Source: a virus
Virus record (IMG/VR): IMGVR_UViG_3300039008_000077
Span: 4,189 to 68,188 of that record
Direction: 5' to 3' (one strand)
Length of the DNA: 64,000 bases
Numbering within the stretch: position 1 is the first letter of the stretch; the number at the start of each line of letters is the position of its first letter. This document shows, one piece after another, positions 55,574 to 63,100 of the stretch. The notes beneath the pieces are model-generated. The model made no database searches. It was not told the DNA's origin and saw nothing but the letters and a program-made list of their open reading frames with translations. Both the position numbers and the translations under genes were made by a program.

Positions 55574-57156
55574 TGGATTTTTCTGAAGTAATCGAACAGC
55601 TACGCATTCTTAATGGATATGCCGAAGAGATTAGTAGGGGTCAGATCGATCTTATTCAGATCACGGTAGATCTTGTGGAGCGTATTGATGCCCTCACAGG
55701 AACAGTTGCGGATGGTATTAGTACGGACATTCAAATCGCCAGAGATGAGGCTAAACGAGAGCGACTTAATGCGCTCAAGGACAGCGGCCCACCCGCCGCA
55801 GCCCAGCGCAGAGAGCAGCGACAAATGGACGGCCTGTTGACCTCACTGGTCACGGGCATCGCCACCACAGGTGCTATGATCTATGGTGCCATTGCAGGTA
55901 TTGCTCTGGCAGGCACTCGATTTACATCCGCATTAGATGGTGCACGAGAATCTACTATTGAGCTAGTGTCTGGTGTGCGTGGCATGTTTGGAACGCTGGC
56001 CATGCTTACCAAGCAGTTTAGGGCATTTGCAATGCTCTCGGCTATCGTTGCTACCTTACCTGTATCTGTTCCTCTGATCTTGACCGATTGGGTATCTCGC
56101 CTGTTCAAGCGTGGGGGTGTTGTTACTCAGGCGATAAACGGGTTTCTTAACGGCATTGTCAGATTATTTTCCTCTGTCGGTACCGATATTATGAGGATTC
56201 CGGGAGCCCGAAGACTAGGGTCGTTCTTACATGGGATAGGCCGTGTATTCATGGCCATTATTAGATTCATCGGTGGTGTGGCCGGATTTGTGATTCCGTT
56301 TGGGGGTGTATTGATGCGCATCACCGGTGTGCTGTTTAGGACAGCGGGTAGATTCTCAGGCATTCTTACAATTGTTATGGTTCTGGTTGATGCCATTCGA
56401 GGAGCGTTCCGTGGGTGGCAAGAAACCGGAACTATTATCGGAGCAGTACGTGGTGCATTGCTCGGGGTTGTTGAAGGGTTCTCCAATCTATTTCGGGATA
56501 TGGGTGTATTCCTTGACTGGCTTGTCACTGGTGTTGTAAACCTGATCCCATTCTTTAATAGCTCACAAGCCACAGCAGCCGGTGATGCCGTGAGGGCAGT
56601 ATTTGATGCATTAGCAGATTGGACAACTCGTATTGGAGAGTTCTTCACCGACATAACCATAGCGTTAGGAAGATACTTCCTGAATCCATCCTCTGTAATC
56701 GAGGACATGATGGCCTTTGTGGATAATATGAATGATTCTGTTATCTCATATATGGGTACTGTGATTGACAATGTAGTCCAGTCCATTACTGGTTTCCTGT
56801 CAAATATGGTCAGGGCGGTCGCAAATAGACTTCCCGATTGGGCTCCGGGTAAGAACTCTCTGCTCGCAATGGCAACTAGTATCGATGCGATGGCATCTCC
56901 TACCACAAGCCCTTCAAACTCGACACCAACATCATCTACACCATCAACCAGCCAATCAACTCCGACTGTTACTCCAACGCCACCCACGGCCCATCAAGCA
57001 AGTAATATCGGTATGCGTCCGGCTCATCGTGCACAAATGGTAGCCATCAATGCCCCGACTGTGAATCAGACCAACGTACAAACAAATAACCGGCAGAGCA
57101 CAGTTGTAAGTGCTCCACCGGCTGTACGGGATAATAGATGGGCGACGATCCGCTAA
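55570..57156 (+). CDS. Tape measure protein (gp29-like)
   Basis: Long amphipathic Gly/Ala/hydrophobic helices, S/T/P-rich tail and NAPTVNQTNV...SAPP C-terminus; follows gp54. Confidence 0.7.
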   Translation: MMDFSEVIEQLRILNGYAEEISRGQIDLIQITVDLVERIDALTGTVADGISTDIQIARDEAKRERLNALKDSGPPAAAQRREQRQMDGLLTSLVTGIATTGAMIYGAIAGIALAGTRFTSALDGARESTIELVSGVRGMFGTLAMLTKQFRAFAMLSAIVATLPVSVPLILTDWVSRLFKRGGVVTQAINGFLNGIVRLFSSVGTDIMRIPGARRLGSFLHGIGRVFMAIIRFIGGVAGFVIPFGGVLMRITGVLFRTAGRFSGILTIVMVLVDAIRGAFRGWQETGTIIGAVRGALLGVVEGFSNLFRDMGVFLDWLVTGVVNLIPFFNSSQATAAGDAVRAVFDALADWTTRIGEFFTDITIALGRYFLNPSSVIEDMMAFVDNMNDSVISYMGTVIDNVVQSITGFLSNMVRAVANRLPDWAPGKNSLLAMATSIDAMASPTTSPSNSTPTSSTPSTSQSTPTVTPTPPTAHQASNIGMRPAHRAQMVAINAPTVNQTNVQTNNRQSTVVSAPPAVRDNRWATIR

Positions 57157-57157
57157 G

Positions 57158-57424
57158 CTATTTTTTAGATAGCCAGCCTTCAACGCCAAAGTATGCCGCA
57201 ATGACACCAGCATTTGTAGTCAGGAACATACCACCGAGGCCGGTCTGGGCTGACATCATCTCGGGAGTAACTACTCCGACCGCCATAAGAAGTGCGATCA
57301 TAAACACATATAGTGCATTCACGGAAAACGCAGCGATGGCTAGTCTACGCTGCGTTTTTATTTTGCGTAGCGAAACCGCTACCTCATCCACTGATACATT
57401 ACCATCGTTGTTTAGATCAGTCAT
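57158..57424 (-). CDS. Putative holin-like membrane protein with an N-terminal EF-hand-like loop
   Basis: DLNNDGNVSVDE, then RRLA, two hydrophobic segments and a VIAAYFG motif; start coupled to the upstream stop (ATGACTGA). Confidence 0.6.
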   Translation of the reverse strand: MTDLNNDGNVSVDEVAVSLRKIKTQRRLAIAAFSVNALYVFMIALLMAVGVVTPEMMSAQTGLGGMFLTTNAGVIAAYFGVEGWLSKK

Positions 57425-58091
57425 CGTCGTCAAAGTCCAAATCTGAATTTTGAGAAATCTCGTCTGCATTAGTCCAACGGGCAGCTCTGAAATCCTTCAA
57501 GTTACGATAGACGTAGACCGGAATCTTATGAGCCCGGCCTGTCAGCATTAACTGCTTTATCCACCCTTGAAGGGCCTTGGCCTTATCGTCTGTATGTCCC
57601 ATATCAATATATTCTTCCCAAAATGAATCAATATATACATGAATGCCAGTAGCATAATTCCAGATCGGAAACTCTTCATCCTTAGTAATAAGACGCTCTT
57701 CCTGTTCACCGCCTTGGGATCTATGACCATAGTAGCTGATAGGGACAACCTTATAGTCCCTCTTGACCTTACGGGCATCGAACTCATAGGACACAATAGG
57801 TTCGTGCGAATCCATGTGCGTTTGCATTTCATCCAAAAACGAACTTTGCATTGTACGAGCAAAGGAGATGAACCGATATTCTTCATTCACCAGCTTATTA
57901 ATTGCATCCTTTGACTCCACTGACTTAGGCTTATAACCCATACCACGAGTAACAATACGGGCTTCTGTGTAATCCAGAAGAGCCGGGACCATATAACCAG
58001 AATCAATAATCTGCAACCATTTCTTGGTCATATGGAACATTTTCTCAACCCGAACACCCTCGGTAAGATTTACTAGATCAGAATAATGCAT
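57417..58091 (-). CDS. Putative ADP-ribosyltransferase-like protein
   Basis: MFHMT, FISFAR, EFDARKV...YKVVP, EQEERL pattern; N-terminus MHYSDLVNLTE; late-promoter variant upstream. Alternative start at 58103. Confidence 0.5.
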   Translation of the reverse strand: MHYSDLVNLTEGVRVEKMFHMTKKWLQIIDSGYMVPALLDYTEARIVTRGMGYKPKSVESKDAINKLVNEEYRFISFARTMQSSFLDEMQTHMDSHEPIVSYEFDARKVKRDYKVVPISYYGHRSQGGEQEERLITKDEEFPIWNYATGIHVYIDSFWEEYIDMGHTDDKAKALQGWIKQLMLTGRAHKIPVYVYRNLKDFRAARWTNADEISQNSDLDFDDDD

Positions 58092-58106
58092 ATGAATATC
58101 CATACA

Positions 58107-58144
58107 AGAAAGGCCTGATCATATTTATCAGATCAGGCCTTTCT
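58107..58144. terminator. 14-bp hairpin whose loop holds the gp51 stop and a late-promoter variant
   Basis: AGAAAGGCCTGATC / GATCAGGCCTTTCT; the loop contains GATAAATA on the minus strand (58129-58122). Confidence 0.75.
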
Positions 58145-58316
58145 GTTTCATTTCCGCCTCTTCCTTTTCCACTTGGGCTTCCAGCATACTCAGGTAAATT
58201 TCCCTTTCCCAAGGAACCATTTGCGCCTGTTCATCGAATGCCCATTTATGGTGATAACGCAGTCCGAACATTGTCCGATAATGGTTTTCGAGTGTATTAT
58301 AGGAAAGGCCTATCCG
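58128..58316 (-). CDS. gp51: Baseplate hub assembly protein (gp51-like), in the -1 frame of gp26; not in the ORF track
   Basis: Manual translation RIGLSYNTLENHYRTMFGLRYHHKWAFDEQAQMVPWEREIYLSMLEAQVEKEEAEMKQKGLI; the first ATG (58271) is internal to the conserved region. Confidence 0.8.
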   Translation of the reverse strand, partial: RIGLSYNTLENHYRTMFGLRYHHKWAFDEQAQMVPWEREIYLSMLEAQVEKEEAEMKQKGLI

Positions 58317-59023
58317 AAAAAATTTTGAATACCGACAAGAGGGGTATCATTCTTGGTGGAACATTTTGGGCAAGTCCAGTCCAGATCGATTTTACAGTTC
58401 GGCATGGCGCTCAGGAAGTCACGAATCCCCGTCATCTGCTCGGCATTCATAGATTCAAGAAACTCGTCTTTTTCTTTGTCACTGATATCACTAAAGTCAT
58501 ACATGCCATCTGGTGTACGCAATGCAACAAGCATTTCACGGATCATGCCGAAGGCCTGTTCAATTTCTGATGAAGTTTCGGGAATGTTGATCGCAGATGC
58601 TAAGGACGGCCAGCGTAGATCAAGAAGCCAGTTGGGCTGAAGCTCGACTGTATGTTCAGATTCATATTCTTTAAAGTCAGTAACAGTCGCCTCAAGTAAA
58701 TTGATAGTGGCATTATGTTCTGATCCACAGTTTTCACATTCAACAGTGACCGGAACAGTTTCTCCTGCGGATCGAGCACGAACTTGAGTGAATGCATATT
58801 CCATGTCTGCCAGAGGTAGAATATCCAACTCAAGGCCTTCCACACAGGCTTCCAGAGTGTCCCGCATGGCAATGGCCATCTGTGCCTTCTCTTGGGTCTC
58901 GTTGGCCATCAGAAGGGCCTTCTCTTCACCAACAAGGAATGGGCGGTAGCTATGCTTGGTGCCAGTCACCGGAAGAGTTAACTGGTATTTGTAATCAGAA
59001 TTTAGTTTAGGTAGCGTTGACAT
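58310..59023 (-). CDS. gp26: Baseplate hub subunit / assembly chaperone
   Basis: LPKL...YQLTLP, YRPFLVGEEKALL, DMEYAFTQVRARSAGE, CENC and CPKC; start at MSTLPK with a GGAG ribosome-binding site. Confidence 0.92.
   Translation of the reverse strand: MSTLPKLNSDYKYQLTLPVTGTKHSYRPFLVGEEKALLMANETQEKAQMAIAMRDTLEACVEGLELDILPLADMEYAFTQVRARSAGETVPVTVECENCGSEHNATINLLEATVTDFKEYESEHTVELQPNWLLDLRWPSLASAINIPETSSEIEQAFGMIREMLVALRTPDGMYDFSDISDKEKDEFLESMNAEQMTGIRDFLSAMPNCKIDLDWTCPKCSTKNDTPLVGIQNFFG
58316..58322 (-). promoter_or_regulatory. Candidate -1 ribosomal frameshift heptamer T TTT TTC
   Basis: AAT TTT TTC GGA TAG at the gp26 end; the -1 frame is open for 62 codons. Confidence 0.6.
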
Positions 59024-59046
59024 AATATCTCCATAGTGTCTACCTG

Positions 59047-59054
59047 TATTTATG
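59047..59054 (-). promoter_or_regulatory. Late promoter variant (gp26)
   Basis: CATAAATA directly after the gp32 terminator hairpin. Confidence 0.65.
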
Positions 59055-59056
59055 CA

Positions 59057-59091
59057 AGAAGCCGGAGGCTCGTCGAACACCTCCGGCTTCT
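59057..59091 (-). terminator. Hairpin terminator downstream of gp32
   Basis: AGAAGCCGGAGG / CCTCCGGCTTCT 12-bp stem, 11-nt loop. Confidence 0.7.
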
Positions 59092-59142
59092 ATGCTGGCC
59101 CGTATTTGCTACGCTGGTCAGGGCATCAGACCTCATGGACTA

Positions 59143-60087
59143 TTAGTCCATCTCAGCCGCAGCCTTGCGGAATGCGGCCATAGCGTCATCTACTTCATCG
59201 TCACTATCAGCCCCAGCGTCATACTCAATTTCTGACGTGGTTTCTTCCAGCGGAGATGCTTTTTCCGCTCCCGGGGAAGGAGCAGCAGCTTCTGTCAGGG
59301 TCGCCCCCGGCTGGATACCCATGACAGCATTGAACCGAACAGCCAGCTGGTCATAGGTCTTATAGTTGTCACGATCAACCAGATATCCAATGGACTGGAC
59401 TTGTTCCAGAACCTTGGCGATCTCTTCCATGTTACCATCACACATCTGAGACGGGTTCTCAAACCGACACTTGTCGTACTGCGGATAAGAACGGTCGCCA
59501 TCGGTCTTGTGGTAGAGGTTCAGGACGAGGTTAGCGCCCTCAATCGGATGGAACGGGTTGATGACAGTTTCGCCCGGATACGTTTCCTTCATAGAATCAA
59601 GGATCATGGTCATCAGGCCCTTCGCAGTAAAGCGATACTTAAAGACCTGCCCATTGTTATCCGGATTCTGAACATCGTTGATAACCAGAACATTCACAAC
59701 GTGCTGGTAGCGGCGGTACACGTTGTACTTGGCAACGAGCGGCGGCTTACCTTTACCTTGGTGATTGTCATACTGAGCAGACAGCCATTCAGCAGCCGGA
59801 TCAGCTTCCCAGTTAAACGTGTTCAGGGACTTCTCTACATAGTACTTACCAGACGGACCCTTGAAGAACCAGTCTTGGTATTCCACCCACGGCGTTTCGC
59901 CTTCTAGAGGCGGCAGGAGGCGGATAACAGCCTGAGCGTTACCTTGCTTATCAAAGGTCGGACGCCAGAAGCCAGTTTCTTCATCTTCGTATGAGTCAGA
60001 TGAAGCCTTGGACTCAGCGAACTTCGTGACCTCTTCCATAGAGACACCGTTCAAGCGCTTTTGTAGAGCATCAAAATCAAAAGACAT
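59143..60087 (-). CDS. gp32: Single-stranded DNA-binding protein
   Basis: FWRPTFDKQGNAQAVIRLLP, WFFKGPSGKYYVEKSL, NNGQVFKY, GANL, acidic C-terminus. Confidence 0.96.
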   Translation of the reverse strand: MSFDFDALQKRLNGVSMEEVTKFAESKASSDSYEDEETGFWRPTFDKQGNAQAVIRLLPPLEGETPWVEYQDWFFKGPSGKYYVEKSLNTFNWEADPAAEWLSAQYDNHQGKGKPPLVAKYNVYRRYQHVVNVLVINDVQNPDNNGQVFKYRFTAKGLMTMILDSMKETYPGETVINPFHPIEGANLVLNLYHKTDGDRSYPQYDKCRFENPSQMCDGNMEEIAKVLEQVQSIGYLVDRDNYKTYDQLAVRFNAVMGIQPGATLTEAAAPSPGAEKASPLEETTSEIEYDAGADSDDEVDDAMAAFRKAAAEMD

Positions 60088-60113
60088 ATTTGTTTTTCTT
60101 TCTTCTTATTTTT

Positions 60114-60141
60114 CAGTTACTATCAGTTACTATCAGTTACT
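60114..60141 (-). repeat. Three tandem 10-bp repeats (AGTAACTGAT) in the gp32 leader
   Basis: cagttactat cagttactat cagttact on the plus strand, followed by an A-rich unstructured leader. Confidence 0.9.
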
Positions 60142-60726
60142 TCACGTCTTCATGATATCGAGTAGAACAGTACGGAGCTTATCCGTATCTGTATTGAGGA
60201 ACATCGCATATTTTACGATCTTTCTCTTTAGATCAGGCCAGATGAGCGGATCGAACTCCGGCATCTGGTCACAGGCACCAGTGATCTTGTGGAACAGAGC
60301 CACAGTCTCAAGGCAGATCTCACCTGCAATATACTTTTTCATGATAAGGGGATATTGGCCGTTGTTTTCAATGAAAACCTTATCAAAGCCAATCTCAGGA
60401 ATATAACATATTAGGGATTGCATGTCAAGCTTAAACTGGTATGATAGGCGATTTTTCTTACCTGACCATTCCAGATATGTTTGCCGGTTCATGTCGCTGA
60501 CGTAGGTATTCCCAGCCACCACATTAGCGACCAAATATTCCACCAGCATATCTTCCCGAGTGTAGGTGTTAGCCAGCTTCACAAAGTGATGCCGGTCCCT
60601 ACGTTTCATGAAGGCCTCTGGTGAAGCATTTGTTTTGAAGCGGTACTTGATTGCATTGTATTTATCCCTGTTGAAATGGGACTGTATCGAGAGGTAAATC
60701 TGATACGCACGGAATGCACTAATCAC
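60142..60726 (-). CDS. gp59: Helicase loader
   Basis: AFRAYQIYLSIQSHF...YNAIKY, FMKRRDRHHFVKLA, ICLETVA; GTG start coupled to the upstream stop; directly upstream of gp32. Confidence 0.88.
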   Translation of the reverse strand: MISAFRAYQIYLSIQSHFNRDKYNAIKYRFKTNASPEAFMKRRDRHHFVKLANTYTREDMLVEYLVANVVAGNTYVSDMNRQTYLEWSGKKNRLSYQFKLDMQSLICYIPEIGFDKVFIENNGQYPLIMKKYIAGEICLETVALFHKITGACDQMPEFDPLIWPDLKRKIVKYAMFLNTDTDKLRTVLLDIMKT

Positions 60727-60973
60727 AGATAGGTTTGCCTTCCCGATCAATTCGGGGTGTAATAGCATACCCATCTCCATGCCAAGAGGCGATTACCAAA
60801 TATTCACATCCGGTTTCCGGATCGGTCAAAATTTCAACGTTACGGTCACTATTAGGATTCAATCCGGATGGAAAATTTTCGTTCGGATTGGCGGGAGATT
60901 CTTCTGTTGAAGTGGGTGAGCATGCAGCTCCAATGGACCCAACGGCCAATACGCATAACAGTAAGTTTTTCAT
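60719..60973 (-). CDS. Small lipoprotein (DUF6440-like)
   Basis: Signal peptide with lipobox GAAC; ILTDPETGCEYLV...ITPRIDREGKP; GGAG ribosome-binding site. Confidence 0.7.
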   Translation of the reverse strand: MKNLLLCVLAVGSIGAACSPTSTEESPANPNENFPSGLNPNSDRNVEILTDPETGCEYLVIASWHGDGYAITPRIDREGKPICD

Positions 60974-60983
60974 GGGGCAACTC

Positions 60984-61214
60984 CTATGTGAACAACAGCT
61001 TACATTCGTTGCCTCGTTCACCTTCGACCATATTGAGAGCAATACCTTCGGCCTCTACCTGAGACTTCATGGCATTGTCAAGAAGCTTAGGTGCATCCTC
61101 GGGCTCAAGACCATGTTCTTCAATAAGATGCAGAATAGCATCCATGTACGTGGTATTATATTTGGTCACATGCTCAACAACAAGTTCACGAAACATGGAC
61201 TTATTCAGAATCAT
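60984..61214 (-). CDS. gp33: Late-transcription coactivator
   Basis: YMDAILHLIEEHGLEPEDAPKLL...KSQVEAEGIALNM; upstream of gp59 and gp32. Confidence 0.85.
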   Translation of the reverse strand: MILNKSMFRELVVEHVTKYNTTYMDAILHLIEEHGLEPEDAPKLLDNAMKSQVEAEGIALNMVEGERGNECKLLFT

Positions 61215-61578
61215 TGATAACGTCCTTTTTTCCAAACCAATCAAGGCGAGATGTACCAGTACCTTCGCCATAGGATACAACATCAAGGGTGGTATCCTTT
61301 TCCATAGCACCAAGCCGGTATACTACCACAGAATCTTCTAGCATGTCAATATGCTTTAGCAGATACTCGATGTCAGACTTGGCGTGGACTATGAACTCTC
61401 CGGTAGATTCTTCGTTCACATCGACACAGTATTCGTCTTCTCCCAAGTCAATCCTGACATGCCTACAACTTCGGTGGCCTTCCATTTCGACATTTTGCTC
61501 GGGAGGATTTAGCCATTTAGCCGCTTCTAGGCGGGCTCTGATTTCATCAATTCGAGCCACTGTGACCGGTACCTTCAT
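61201..61578 (-). CDS. Hypothetical protein
   Basis: ORF in the tightly packed small-gene array; start uncertain. Confidence 0.6.
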   Translation of the reverse strand: MKVPVTVARIDEIRARLEAAKWLNPPEQNVEMEGHRSCRHVRIDLGEDEYCVDVNEESTGEFIVHAKSDIEYLLKHIDMLEDSVVVYRLGAMEKDTTLDVVSYGEGTGTSRLDWFGKKDVINDSE

Positions 61579-61738
61579 CCTTGGATACGGCATCACGAGT
61601 AGAGTCCGATAAAATGCCCTGATTGTCAAGGTATTCCATCATCATTTCGATATAGCCTTCGTCTCTAATGAAATAATCAAATGTACCATCGACTCCATAG
61701 TGAGTCAGCCTTACCCGGGGTTTATCAATTCGAGACAT
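61547..61738 (-). CDS. Hypothetical protein
   Basis: 63-aa ORF overlapping both neighbours. Confidence 0.5.
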   Translation of the reverse strand: MSRIDKPRVRLTHYGVDGTFDYFIRDEGYIEMMMEYLDNQGILSDSTRDAVSKDEGTGHSGSN

Positions 61739-62138
61739 TGTGACCGGCTTCCTTCAGAGCATCATAGAGGACATTGGTGTTCAGGGAATACTCTTTGGCA
61801 ATATGACGCATAGCAGACGCCCACGTATCAAAGTCAGGTACGATATTATCGTCATCATCCCAGCTCATAAGATCCATATCATGAGCAGCCTGAAGATTTA
61901 GTAATAGAACCCCACTTTTAGCGCCATCATCGACACTAATGTACTTGTCAGTAGCCAGATGGTCCGGAACCATCCACTCCATATCTTCAGTATATACATC
62001 ATCGGGAATGAGAACCCCTACTGCACACATACTTCCATCTGCGGTACGGTATTTACAATCTCCATATTCATTTACGGCTGGCTTACCTTGCTTGATGATA
62101 TGGCGGGCAACAGTGTCAAAAATTTCTTGGTTGTTCAT
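61725..62138 (-). CDS. Conserved phage hypothetical protein
   Basis: QEIFDTVARHIIKQG...CKYR...MCAVGVLIPDD...LQAAHD pattern; GGAG ribosome-binding site. Confidence 0.75.
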   Translation of the reverse strand: MNNQEIFDTVARHIIKQGKPAVNEYGDCKYRTADGSMCAVGVLIPDDVYTEDMEWMVPDHLATDKYISVDDGAKSGVLLLNLQAAHDMDLMSWDDDDNIVPDFDTWASAMRHIAKEYSLNTNVLYDALKEAGHNVSN

Positions 62139-62147
62139 ATCAGTCTC

Positions 62148-62408
62148 CTATAATACTATCGGGCATCCGAGTGGCTCATCTTCCTTGCAGTGCCAGTCGA
62201 AAGTATATTCTCCGGTGGTCAGGTCAAAGCATTCGTTCGTGAAATCGACACGCAATATCCCATTGGTGTCTATTGTACCAGACCACACGCCATTGTCAAC
62301 ATAAATTTCGATCAGTGACCCATCTGGCGCATGGTGAACTTCTCCCACTCGACCATGCCAGATATAACCTTCGGTATTCTTTATCTCAAAGAAGTAGCAC
62401 TTATTCAT
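62148..62408 (-). CDS. Hypothetical protein
   Basis: Start MNKCYFF coupled by an ATGA overlap to the upstream stop. Confidence 0.65.
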   Translation of the reverse strand: MNKCYFFEIKNTEGYIWHGRVGEVHHAPDGSLIEIYVDNGVWSGTIDTNGILRVDFTNECFDLTTGEYTFDWHCKEDEPLGCPIVL

Positions 62409-62617
62409 TCGTCCATCCATTCCTGATGTTCTTCGGGAGAGTCTACAGGCGTACCACACTTGGGACAGAATGCATACCCCTGAGACCAATCATCAAGGCA
62501 ACCGGGATTATATTCTGGCTCAGGGTCACCGACATAGCAAGGCACACGAATAAACGCAGCCCCCTCATCGTCATTCAGCTTCCAGATGATACCACGGATG
62601 CAACGATGATCAGCCAT
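62405..62617 (-). CDS. Small protein with a CPKCG zinc-ribbon motif
   Basis: MADHRC...AFCPKCGTPV; overlaps the upstream stop. Confidence 0.65.
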   Translation of the reverse strand: MADHRCIRGIIWKLNDDEGAAFIRVPCYVGDPEPEYNPGCLDDWSQGYAFCPKCGTPVDSPEEHQEWMDE

Positions 62618-62807
62618 TGTCAGGCTCCTTATAGCCACAGTCTTCGGTCTTGAAGTCCATGATGGCAATCGGCGGGTCACTATCAGGAGAGTTAAACATC
62701 TCCCACCACTTGTTGGCTCGCACACTTTCTTCCTCAGTGAAGTTGCGGTCGCACTCAAGGTTACCACAACTATGAACGCACCAGCTTCTATCTCGGTAGC
62801 AGATCAT
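62610..62807 (-). CDS. Small Cys-rich protein
   Basis: MICYRDRSWC...C...CDR; ATGA-coupled. Confidence 0.7.
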   Translation of the reverse strand: MICYRDRSWCVHSCGNLECDRNFTEEESVRANKWWEMFNSPDSDPPIAIMDFKTEDCGYKEPDNG

Positions 62808-63100
62808 GACCCACGTTGACTCTTCACATACTGGTAGATAATCATCTCAGCAATAGATTGTGGGGTCTCTGGCTCCGATGTGCTAATGCCGGTACCTTCA
62901 TCCTCTTCATCCTCTTCCTCTTCATCAGCCAGATCAAGGGCAGCAGCCAAATCAAGTAAAGCAGCCAGCTCGTCAATGGCCGTTCCGCCCAGAATAAGAG
63001 GGTCTCCCTCTGTTCCTGTACCAGACACAACAGTCATATCATCCTGCTTAAGTCCCATAGACTTTGCCATGGCGTAATAATGCTCTTCGTCAGTCATCAT
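62804..63100 (-). CDS. Acidic hypothetical protein
   Basis: Start MMTDEEHYY overlapping the upstream stop (ATGA). Confidence 0.6.
   Translation of the reverse strand: MMTDEEHYYAMAKSMGLKQDDMTVVSGTGTEGDPLILGGTAIDELAALLDLAAALDLADEEEEDEEDEGTGISTSEPETPQSIAEMIIYQYVKSQRGS

Noticed and set aside
56127-56987. 286-aa minus-strand ORF
   Set aside because: Antisense to the tape-measure gene; no ribosome-binding site, promoter or recognisable motif.
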